The notes under the pieces are model-generated. The model had not been told where the DNA came from. It did not search any database and was given only the letters and a program-made list of their open reading frames with translations. A stretch of 64,000 nt of DNA from Octopus bimaculoides (taxonomy: Eukaryota): assembly GCF_001194135.2 (NCBI RefSeq), contig NC_068983.1, forward strand, positions 37,089,425 through 37,153,424. Reading direction: 5' to 3'. Shown one piece after another: positions 53,470 through 64,000 of this stretch (the stretch's first letter is position 1; the number at the start of each line of letters is the position of its first letter). Both the position numbers and the translations under genes were made by a program.

Positions 53470-54110
53470 TCATGGACTAGCAGCGCGATGGTTCCTTGAG
53501 CAAGGCACTTCATTTCTGGCGCTTTATGTTCTGGGTTCGAATTTCACCAAGATCGACTTTGCCTTTTATCTTTTCGGGATCGATAAAATAAGAATCAGTG
53601 GAGAACTGGGGTCCATGTAATCGACTTCCGCCCCCGTTGAAATTGTTGGCCTTGTACCAAATTTGAAAATGTTATGATAGCTATTGAGGCTGATTGAATA
53701 ATAGAATCGTTAAAGCGTCGGGGAAAATACTTTACAGCAACCTTTCTGGCTCTTTACACTCTCGTTTCATATGCCACCGAAATCCCCTTTGCCTTTTACC
53801 TTTCCGGGGTCGATAAGATGATGTAGCAGTTAAGTATTGGAATCGATAGTATCGACGAAGTGCCTCTCCTCCGAATTGCTGGCCTTGTTGCCTAAAACAG
53901 AAACCATTAAGGCAACGGGCTGACGGGATTGTTAATGCTTAGGGACATTTCTTCTGATTCTTTGCATTCTGAATTCAAATACTGCCGAGGTCCACTTAGC
54001 CTTCCATCCTTTCGGCGTTGGTAAAATACAGAACAAGTCAAGTATTGGCGTCGATGTAATTGACCTCCTGCTCCCTTCCAAAATTGCTGGCCTTGTGCCA
54101 AAATTAGAGA
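53470..54110 (+). mobile_element. three tandem family B SINE copies
   Basis: Repeated ttcaaat...gactttgcc..tcatc...gataa...gtaatcgac...ggccttgt units. Confidence 0.75.
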
Positions 54111-54120
54111 GTAAGATCCA

Positions 54121-55790
54121 ATGAAAATACTGGTTCAGATCACACCCCCAGGTGAATAGGAACTATGAAAGGGTTGCGAGTAGGGTGGCCAATCTCATTC
54201 AGAACTGGGCCAAAAAGCTGTTTTCAAAAGGCCGGGGTGGGGAAGTAGCTAATGCATTCATCGCCTCTGTGGTGCACTACTACCTGACAGTCGTAACTTG
54301 TTTTATAAAACTTCTGGTTAGATTGAAGGGCTTGTTTTTACGCTTCTAATGGAAGGATTAGGTCTTGCTGGTCAGGAAATTCGTCTTCTATCAACGACCT
54401 ACTTTGTGGTGATCTCAAGATCCTTTCCTGAATGTGTTGGAACCAGGGCCGGATTAAGCCCCATAGAAGCCTTAAGCTCTTAAAAGATTTTGATGCCCCC
54501 ATATATATGTAATTCGAAGTATAACAATAATAAACCATAGAATACATTTTTATTTTTTAAAACGAATCAAAACAAACAACAAGATGGAATATAATATTTA
54601 TTTTTGCATATTTTCATTTCATTTATATGCGAAAAGTCTTCTCCTACATTTTTTTATTGCAAAGTATTTGATCAGATCCCCACTATGACACCATAAACAC
54701 TTGGAAATTATATTTCCGATTATATAAATCAATGGAATGTTATTTTAGCAAGTTTAAAGTGATTTCTTTTGTGCCGTAAACAATTTGCCATTTCAGTGGT
54801 GCCCCTGCCTTCCCTTGATGCTCTGTGCACGTGTTTATTTTGCTTAATGGTTAATCCAGCACTGGCCGGAATGCGTTGAGAGCGACTGGTGAGGGCGTCT
54901 TTCGTGCGACGTCTTTCTGCTGCTTGTCTATTTCGCCGAGCTGCAGCTATGGGTCAAGTGTAGACCATGATGGGGCGTTTGGCAACAAGAATGTTGTTAG
55001 GCGCTCACAGCATTGTACCAGCTGAACAAAGTTGTTAGCAAGAAAACAACTCAAGATTGCTATAGCGGGTTTGTTGAGTATATGAGTGATGATGTCCTGT
55101 GATTGGGTTTGGGCATCGACGAGAACAGTCTGGGTGGATTCTTCTGGAGAACTTTCATGTCAGAGACTATGGACAACTTACAAAAGTCTTTGGCATGGTA
55201 GTACTACAGAAGACAAGTACCAACAACCGAACCAGTCTGTGATACATCCGACGGGATGAAACTGTTCTACAGGTAATCGCTCAGTTTCCGTTCATAAGTG
55301 ACTTGTGTGAGCTTGTGTTAAATAGCTACTGTCTCGCCGATCGATGGACAGGTCGAATCCGACCAGTCCATCGGTCGATGCATCGGTTTCCTTTGGCTTC
55401 CTTTGTTAGAAAATAGAGGCAGATCTTCCTCTGCTTAGTGATTGTGTCGAAAGAGGTTGTACAGAAGCACTTTTCTGTTCAGCCAAGCTCCCATCAATTT
55501 CATCATGTATCACTTAAAAGAGATGATGAGGGTAAAGAGGAAGGTGCTACCTTCTAGATTGGTTATAGAAACGTGGATGTGAGTGGCAAGACTGGTGAGG
55601 CTGAATGAACCTACTCGGCATATGCTTTTCTAAGTAGGAGGGAAGAAACTGAATGAGGACACTTTCGATGCCTTGGAGACAGTAGAGTAATCTGGACCTT
55701 TTGTGTGTGGGGTCTTCTCCGAATTACCTAGATGGACTTCTTTGCTATTAAGGATTCTATTTATTTATTTATTTTTCTGAATTCTATATT
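54121..55790 (+). mobile_element. degenerate Tx1/L1-like LINE ORF2 3' fragment, interrupted at 54444-54864
   Basis: ORF 54152 reads NWAKKLFSKGRGGEVANAFIASVVHYYL, homologous to the 63558-63959 copy. Boundaries approximate. Confidence 0.7.
54444..54864 (-). mobile_element. hAT-derived MITE nested in the LINE fragment
   Basis: TIRs CAGGGCCGGATTAAGCC / GGTTAATCCAGCACTG; 8-bp flanks GTTGGAAC / GCCGGAAT; minus strand retains DLIKYFAIKKCRRRLF, like the hAT transposase C-terminus. Confidence 0.75.
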
Positions 55791-55939
55791 TATATCTTTC
55801 GTTATATCCTTGTTGGTGTTGTTTCTCTTTGATCGATGAAAATCCCACCTTTTGTGTGTTGCATTTCGTCTTTTGATTTGTCTTTCATATCTTGGGCCTT
55901 GCAGCCAATAAAAAAATCATCATCATCATCAGTATTATT

Positions 55940-56390
55940 AAGGAGGCGAGTAGGCAGAGACGTTAGCAATCCGGAAAAAATGCTTAGCAGCATCTCGTCC
56001 GTCTTTACGTTGAGTTGAAATTCCGCCGAGGTCAACTTTGCCCTTCATCCTTTTGGGGGTTGATAAAATAAGTACCAGTTGAATACTGAGGTGAGTCGAT
56101 TATTACATCGACTCCTCACTCTCCAGGAATTGCTGGACTAATGCCAAAATTCGAAAACATTATTATTATCATGCTTAAGGCAGCGAGCTGGCAGAATCGA
56201 TAGCACGCCGGGTAAAATACTTAGCGGCATTTTGTTCGTCTTTACGTTCTGAGTTTAAATTCCGTCGAGGTTGACTTTGCCTTTCATCCTTTAGGAGTCG
56301 ATGAAATAAGTACCAATTGAATACTCGAGTCGATGTAATCGACTTATCTCATCTCTCGAAATTGCTGGCCTTGTGCCAAAATTTGAAACA
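55940..56390 (+). mobile_element. two tandem family B SINEs; further copies at ~58555-58815 and ~62230-62380
   Basis: aggcgagtaggcagag / aggcagcgagctggcagaatcg heads with full bodies. Confidence 0.85.
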
Positions 56391-56764
56391 GAGAATATGG
56401 CGAAGAAAACAAATGATCTAGTGAAATTAAAAAAAAATTAAATCAGTAATATTGATATTGGATTAAAGGATTTAAAGCTTTATTCTCACGATCGACTTTT
56501 CTCTTTATCTTAGATCGATAAAATCACTGCTAGAGATTCTATTAACTCTTCGTTCTTATCGTTAAATATATATATATATATATATATAAAATTAAGGTGG
56601 TTTTCGGGTTAATAAATTGCCAAGTATCATTTGTCTCTGAACTTTTACAAGTTTGGCTTGAGCTATTGCTGAAGATGGGGAGTAGATGTAAGTGAAATTA
56701 AAATTGCACTTAAAACATATTTTAGATATAATTTGATTAATTTTTTTATCTAATACATAGGCAC

Positions 56765-57150
56765 AGGCATGGCTGTACAGTAAAAATCTCCCTCCCCAAT
56801 CTCTTGGTTTCGGGTTTAGTCCCACGGCATGGCACTTTGGGTGAGTGTCTTCTACGAAATCTCCCGACTGACTAAAGCTTTGTGAGTGGATTTGGAAGCT
56901 GGAAACTGTGTGGAAGCCCGTTGTATATGGCGTGTGCATGTGTGTGTGTCCACTGCTTAACAACCGGTGTTGGTTTGTTTACGTCCCTGTAACTTAGTTG
57001 TTCGATAAAAAAAAAGACTTGTAGAATAAGTACCACACATTAAAAAAAATATGTACAGGGGTTCATTTGTTTAACTAAAACCCTTCAGGGCGGTGACCCA
57101 GCATGGCCGCAGTCAAATGAGTGAAAACAAGGAAAAGAAAAGAAAAAGAA
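56765..57150 (+). mobile_element. SINE family A
   Basis: Same consensus. Confidence 0.8.
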
Positions 57151-58146
57151 GATAAAAAGATAATAGAATTTCCGACATGCTTCTGGTTCATGTACAGAAG
57201 TGTCACGATGTGTTCGAGCTACTGTCCCACTCTGTTTTTAGTCCTTTAGCCAAAATTTTAAAATATATTGTATTAGAATAACTCCTTAGTTATTAAGGGT
57301 TGGTGACAGGAAGAACACCCAGCCGTAAAATCCAACTTCAGATACGTCCGCATCCAAACTCATGTTAGCAAAGAAAAACGAATGTTAAATGGAGGAACGG
57401 ACGCATTACGAGCGATTGTTTTGGGTTTTTTTCTTTCTCCAGACATTGGTTCTACTATTACTAAATCAAGACATGCATTATTAAATATTATATATTTATA
57501 TAGAATAGAGCCTAATTACGGATACCTGAAACATTTGTAATTTAGGACTAAGATCTGAAAATAGCTTCATGACTCATAAGTCTGGAGCTTAACCCGGTTT
57601 TAAAGGCTAATAAGTAACTGAGATAACATCTCGTTACTGAATGGGACGTCGGTCCGTCGCAGGGTTAACTTCTCAGCTATTGCTGAAACTTATTGTGAGT
57701 TGAGTAGACTAAAACAACGTATTTTACTGAAGAACACAATGCAGCACCTAATATGGGAATCGAAATCACGATCGTAAGTGTAACACCCTAACCACTTGAC
57801 CACGCGCATTCTTGTATGATGTAAATAAATCTACAGTTATTTATTTGAAAGCCCTATCTGTGAAGATTGCAGATGGTGTGAAAATGTGTGTGTGTGTGTG
57901 TGTGTGTGTATTAACTGGCACTCCGTCGGTTACGACGACGAAGGTTCCAGTCGATGCGATCAACGAAAAGCCTGCTCGTGAAGTTAACGTGCAAGTGGCT
58001 GAGCACCCCACAAACACGTGTACCCTTAACGTAGTTCTCGGGGAGATTCAGTGTGACACAGAATGTGACAAGGCTGGCCCTTTCAAATACAGGTTCTACT
58101 CATTTTTGCCAGTTGAGTGGACTGGAGCAATGTGAAATAACGTGTC

Positions 58147-58203
58147 TATGCATGTATGTATGTATGTATGTATGTATGTATGGATGGATGGATGGATGTA
58201 TAC

Positions 58204-58259
<56 letters not shown>
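58147..58259. repeat. compound (TATG)n(GATG)n(GA)n microsatellite; (TG)n at 5104-5153 and many others
   Basis: Read directly. Confidence 0.95.
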
Positions 58260-58261
<2 letters not shown>

Positions 58262-60017
58262 AAAGTATAATTTAGAATACCCGAAGCATGTATAAACGTA
58301 GATAAATCCACAGTTATTTTTCTATTACTCTTCAAATTAATAAATAATAAACAAAACAACATATAACCATCGCAATGTTAAATTGAGTTTTAAAAACAGA
58401 ACGATTTTCATTAAATGCCAAAAACAAAAATCCTAATTATGATTTTTAAATGGTGCAATTTTTGCGCAAGTCTGTCAACTACGGTAGATCTTTCTGCCCT
58501 TGGTGCACCCCGTAACCCACCTCGACATGTTTGGCTTTGTTATTATCACATGGAAGAAGGCTGCAGACTGACAGAATCGTTAGCGTGTCTGGACAAAATG
58601 CGTAGCGGCATTTCTTTCGGTTCTTTATATTCTGAATTCAAATCCCGCCAAGGTCGACTTTGCTTTTTATCCTTCGGAGGTCAGTGTAAAATAATTACTA
58701 GTCATGTACTGGAGTCGCTGGTGACATGCCTTTCGGAATTTATGGCAGCTCTGTATATTCTGAGTTCAAATCCTGCCGAAGTCATCTTTACCTTTTATTC
58801 TTTCGGGGATAGATAAAATGGTCTTTGAAATCCATGTGACATAGCCTAATTATTATTTTACATTGAAATAGGTGATACTCGCACAAAAAAAAAAAAGAAA
58901 TAAAATATACATAAATATATATCATCCTGGCAAAAACGGGGAATGTTATCAACTTTCCGACATTATCAATTCTTCAGAATCCATTGAGAACAAAATGTAT
59001 ATCTAACAAATAGAACAAATATATAAGGTGAAAAGTGTATCACAGATATATGAATACAGGGGAAATTGAGAGTTAAAAAGTGTTGAAATATTATTTGTAA
59101 CGAAATCCTGAAACCAACAGATGTTTATGGTGATAGAAATATGGGACTCCAAATTTAAGCAGGTAGCAAAACGATCATTTCAAAATGATGGATCCTCGTT
59201 AGAAATAAGGGACAGGATCCTGATGATCGCAAATGTATGGAAGATTGCGAGAAAGATTTGGGTATCTCACGACAAGAAATATACAAAGAACAAAACTGGG
59301 GAACATCAAAACGCAGGAAAAAGATGACACAAGAATTGTATTTAGACTTACAAGCATAGTGGCAGAAAAGAAACTAGAGTATCAACTAGTGATGTAGAGA
59401 GGGGTACAAAGAGGAAAAAAGAAAACTGAAACAGTTCTGTGAATTTGGGAAAGAGGATAACAAACGTAAGAAAATTATGCTCGTTTTGTCTTCCTAATTT
59501 TGCATGAGTTACTTGAAACTTAAGCAACACTTCCTGTAACGAAAATAACTGTGTTGCACTCCTTTTCCAAGCTCAAGTTAGTTAAATTTAAAGTACGGAT
59601 TCTATGCGGAGAAGAGAAACTTTTCGATCTCTTACAGTTTAACATTAATAAGCGTACGGAGTTAAGTATGGACATGTAACAGAACTAGGTTATTTATACA
59701 TATGCTGGACATATACAATGGATTCGTAACCAAAGATGGAAAACTTGGTCTTCGTTTTTGCGTCCATTGTTCTCGAAATTTGCACTTAAACGCCGTCATT
59801 TTGGGTGAAGTAAAGTATAATTTTAGAAAACAAAAGCCATTCAATTCCATTTTTTTGTGACCCATCTCGATTGCAACACAGGTGTATATTCGAGACAACT
59901 GTAAAAAATGCCATTTTCCTTCTGCCACTTTTAGAGAGTTTACTTCTGTCATCTGTGGCGTGCACACTAACAATCTTCTTTCGCATGAGCTTTGCACTCT
60001 TTCTCCATCGACTACTA

Positions 60018-60234
60018 CAAGGGGGTGCTGAAAAGTTCCTGGCTATGGGTAAAAAAAAAAACAGGAGGATCATTTAATTATGATTTTATCCAACATATTC
60101 CCCTCTCAGATTCACACACATATTGCAGCGGTCCTTCAGTTTATCTAAGCTCTGTAAAAGAACTCGGAAGGTTGGGCCTCCAACCAGGCCGTACAGGACA
60201 CCCTTAAAGCCAGGAACTTTTCATCATCGCCTTG
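60018..60234 (-). mobile_element. mariner-derived MITE, 217 bp
   Basis: TA on both sides; ~27-bp TIRs CAAGGGGGTGCTGAAAAGTTCCTGGCT / AGCCAGGAACTTTTCATCATCGCCTTG; minus strand reads LDKLKDRCNMCVNLRGEYVG*, a mariner transposase C-terminal motif. Confidence 0.88.
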
Positions 60235-60433
60235 TACAAGTACTAACAAGAGATTTTCTTATCACAACTGATTGTCATCCTCCATATAAACCTTTGTTTT
60301 CTTCCAACACGTCGTAGTTGTGTAATTACGTAACGAATGAATAAAATACGTATGTTATACGTATAGACTATTTTTCGTCAATTCATTTCAATTCATCAGA
60401 AATTATTAACTTGCCACACACAGCCTTCCTAAT

Positions 60434-60640
60434 CTTGTTACATCTCTACTTGTTACATCTCTACTTGTTACATCTCTACTTGTTACATCTCTACTTGTTA
60501 CATCTCTACTTGTTACATCTCTACTTGTTACATCTCTACTTGTTACATCTCTACTTGTTACATCTCTACTTGTTACATCTCTACTTGTTACATCTCTACT
60601 TGTTACATCTCTACTTGTTACATCTCTACTTGTTACATCT
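60434..60640. repeat. 15-bp minisatellite (CTTGTTACATCTCTA), ~14 identical copies
   Basis: Read directly; source of the (LLHLY)n ORF. Confidence 0.97.
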
Positions 60641-60992
60641 TACTCGTAACACATACTTCAAATAATTATATATATGCGCAGTAAGCTGGAAATAGAAGGT
60701 GAATGCTGTAAATGTAGACTGCAGAATGCAATATTAATGGCGTGCTTTTAATACACTTCCTTTTTACTTCACATATTCTGCGTTTTGTGTGCATCTATCG
60801 ATTATTTATAAAAAGAAGATGAAAATAACCATATAATGTTGATTTATATTGGTTTTGCCAAATACATTTTTGTCTTGTATATTGCAAAATTGTCTAACTC
60901 ATGCGGGCATTAAGCTGATGTTAAGTTGATAACGGTTACGATGGAAATGTTTTCAGTGAAACTCATCAGTTCCATAATCCTTCAAATGGAGT

Positions 60993-61364
60993 ATTTTACT
61001 TGTTTTAGTCATTAGACTGTGGTCATGCTGGGGCACGTCCTTGATGAATTTTTAGTCAGATGAATCGACTCCAGTACTAATTTTTCAACCTGGTACTTAT
61101 TCTTATTCGGTCTCTCTTGCTAGATACGGCGCCGTAAACACACCAACACCGGGTGCCAAGCAGTGATGCAGGAAAAACACACACACACACACACAAAACA
61201 CATCTGTATACATAATACGGCGGATTTTTTTGTTTCATCTACCAAATCTACTCACAAAGTTTTGGTTGGCCCGAGGCTATAGTAGAAGATACTTGCCCAA
61301 GGAACCACGCAGTGGGACTGAACCGGAACCATGTGGTTGGGAAGCAAGCTTCTAACCACGCAGC
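60993..61364 (-). mobile_element. SINE family A
   Basis: Same consensus, reverse orientation. Confidence 0.8.
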
Positions 61365-62779
61365 TATATTTTACTTTTTTATTTCTTGCTTTTATGCATA
61401 AGAAAATATTTCTCTCAATGATTCAAGAATGTGTCTCGTATTCACAATTGAGTAGAAGAAAGAAAAGGAAAGGGAATTCATATTCTCTTTGAATTTGAAC
61501 ATTAAGGTAATAAAAATTCGTTTAATTTTTGGAACTGGATGTGTTTTATATATCTAAGAAAAATACCAACTCTTTGAAGCACGGATACACTTCAGCAGAA
61601 GAGATTTTGTTTGGCTATAACCCTGGAAGACGCAAAAACAAGGGGTCATATGGTTTTGTGTTTACAGCTGAAAATATCGATGCTTCTGCCCAATTAATAA
61701 GCCGTAAACACAAAACTATGTGGGAACTTACTTTTGCATCTTCTAGAGATATATTTAAACGAAATCACACCCGCTGAAGCATAAAAGGCTTAACAACTAA
61801 CCAACAAAGAAATGGATGGATGGATGGATGGATGGGGAGAGACTGGAAGAGCAGCTGAGAAAGTGTTCGATAAATTGATGTATAAAAAATAGAAGATAGG
61901 AAATGTTTATCTCTAGGCCCACCTACATAAACATTTAGTGTAGATAGTAGTATGCTAACCACGTGACGAATAAACTCGAAATGGTACAACCGTTATCGTT
62001 TTATCAATGATTTTGAATTAAATTAATATATTTGAAGCTGTCATTTTAATTATTTATTTACAAATCTACAAAATACCGAACCGAGCCGAAAGCGTAGTGG
62101 TTCCTTTTGCGTTGCTGATGCTGCATTATTTCCAAGACTAAAGAATTTAACCCTGAAATAGTCGAGGTTTAGTTTATTCGTAACTTGGTGCCGTGAGTTT
62201 ATGAAATTTATATTTTGCAATATTACATTCAAATGGGTTCAAATCCCTCCGAGGTTGTCTTTGCCTTTCATCCTTTTGAGGTTATTAAAACGTAATACCA
62301 GTCAAATACGAGGCTCAATGGTATCAACTAACTCTTTCTCCTAAATTTCAGGCTTTGTGCCTATGTTAGAAACCACTGTTAAATTAAAATTCTCCTCAGA
62401 GTGTAGCATGATTAGGGCTGGGTCTCACCAAGAAATTTGTACTAGATATACTGCGAATTGTGGGATGTGCTGTCATTTGTCCTTTTTTTATCAAAGAGCT
62501 ATCCCTTGAAATATTACAAGCTCTGTAACAAGGGATAAAGATCTTTTTTAGACATTACTCCAGAATCTATTCAAGCAAAACGAAATTTCTTCCAGACTCA
62601 GTGTGAACAAAAACATGTCAATTGTTCTTAAAATTCTTTCAAATAGCATACAGACATTGATACTGAAACAATATTTATTAAATCAAGAAATAAAAAGTCA
62701 AAAATGTGACATTAAACTAAGTACTCTTTCGATTCTTGGATTTCATAGGGCCGGCTACCCGGTTTCCATGGTAATGGAC

Positions 62780-63227
62780 GAAAAGGAGAGGGCAAAATAT
62801 GTCTGGGACTTTGACTTCCAGACAGACAAAGTATTAGAGGGATAAACAAGAATGCCTAATAATCGACGTGGCAGTGCCAGGAGATCAACATATCACGAAA
62901 GAAAGGGAAGAGGTTGATAAATATGGAGAGCTGAGAATTGAGATCGCTAAGATGTGGCAGCTATGAGAGTCAAACATAAAGTTCATCCCTACTGTTATCG
63001 GAGCATTGAGTTCAATACCACCCAATCTGAAGAAACATCTGAAAACTTTAGAAATACCCTACAATCTAGGTGTGTTGCAAAAGTCGGCATTACTTAGAAC
63101 TGCACGCATATTGCGTAAAGTACTGTCTGTCTGAGATCCTTGTTGTGGCTTGACAAACAGTACAAACCCTCGGTAGACATAATATCTTCAATCAACAACC
63201 TCACGATATTGTATACTGTGCGACGTC

Positions 63228-63229
<2 letters not shown>
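62780..63229 (+). mobile_element. 5'-truncated R4/Dong-like non-LTR retrotransposon (restriction-like endonuclease region and 3' UTR)
   Basis: WDFDFQTDK...CLIIDVAVPGD...KYGELRIEIAKMW...IGALSSIP...LQKSALLRTARILRKVL*; one internal stop and a frameshift/deletion; ends at (TAA)n. Confidence 0.8.

Positions 63230-63323
<94 letters not shown>
63230..63323. repeat. (TAA)n microsatellite
   Basis: Read directly. Confidence 0.97.
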
Positions 63324-63538
63324 CCTTCCTATGTGTAGGCACATGGCCTGAAATTTGAGGGAGGGGGATAGTCGATTACATCGACCCCAATACTTAACTA
63401 GTACTTAATTTATCGACCCCGAAAGGATGAAAGGTAAAGTCGACGCGGCGGAATTTGATCTCAAAACGTAGCAACGGGCGAAATACCGGTAAGCGTTTCG
63501 TCCAGCGTGCTAACGATTCTGCCAGCTCGCCACCTTAA
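63324..63538 (-). mobile_element. SINE family B, full length, with (ATT)n tail
   Basis: Near-consensus copy; tail continues into the 63230-63323 microsatellite. Confidence 0.9.
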
Positions 63539-63557
63539 CAACAACAACAGCAACAGG

Positions 63558-63959
63558 ACGGTGAGAGCTTGGCGGCACTTGAGGTGCCAGGCGCCCTTTC
63601 TCGGTCTACGTTTGATCCAAGATTGCAGCTCTGTCAAAGAGACGAGCTGCGGAAAATGGTGTCTGACGAACAGCGACCACATCTGTTCACCGTCCAGGAA
63701 ACGCTTGAGATGCCATAGCCTGAGCGCATGTCTGCGCATCAGCAACCATGGCATGCCAAGGCCTCCGTTCAGCCGCTGTTGACAGCAGATGATGCGCCTG
63801 ACCAGAGGTACCTGACCCTTCCGCAGAAAGTCGAAGAGCAAGCGTACCAGCTTGGCCAACCAACGGTCCGGACAAGGAACGACGGTGAATCGGTAATAGA
63901 TGACGGATGCGATGTACGCATTCGCCACCTCCGCTCGACCTTTCAGTAACTGATGGAGT
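63558..63959 (-). mobile_element. Tx1/L1-like LINE ORF2 fragment (post-RT/thumb region)
   Basis: LKGRAEVANAYIASVIYYRF...RRIICCQQRLNGGLGMP; open frame, CpG-rich. Confidence 0.85.
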
Positions 63960-64000
63960 GAGAAAGAGAGAGAGAGAGGGAGAGAGAGAGAGAGAGAGAG

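Noticed and set aside
63470-63538. tRNA-like box A/B sequences
   Set aside because: They are SINE heads attached to SINE bodies; no cloverleaf could be built.
47300-64000. A second host gene upstream of per
   Set aside because: No exon chain or recognisable non-TE protein motif found on either strand.

Overview
Eukaryotic, AT-rich, repeat-dense DNA. The SINE/MITE and microsatellite content looks like an octopus (coleoid cephalopod) assembly; the species is inferred, not shown. One protein-coding gene is supported: the circadian clock gene period (per) on the minus strand. I reconstructed 12 coding exons by hand from an ATG at 24289 to the left edge; all visible splice sites are GT-AG and phases are consistent wherever both ends are visible. 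They cover the N-terminal TSGCSS motif, the helical region, PAS-A and PAS-B. One PAS-B exon is cut by an N gap, and the gene continues beyond position 1. CpG is strongly depleted from 1 to about 46 kb and abundant beyond, so the transcription unit probably begins near 46-47 kb; the non-coding first exon was not pinned down. The rest is SINEs, LINE fragments (Tx1/L1-like, R4/Dong-like) and piggyBac, hAT and mariner MITEs. I see no CRISPR array, rRNA, true tRNA gene or clearly new multi-gene system. The best leads are regulatory: a NAGNAG acceptor inside the TSGCSS degron, a CArG-box minisatellite in the inferred first intron, and E-box/CRE/PAR-bZIP clusters upstream. All motif and function claims are hypotheses from reading by eye.
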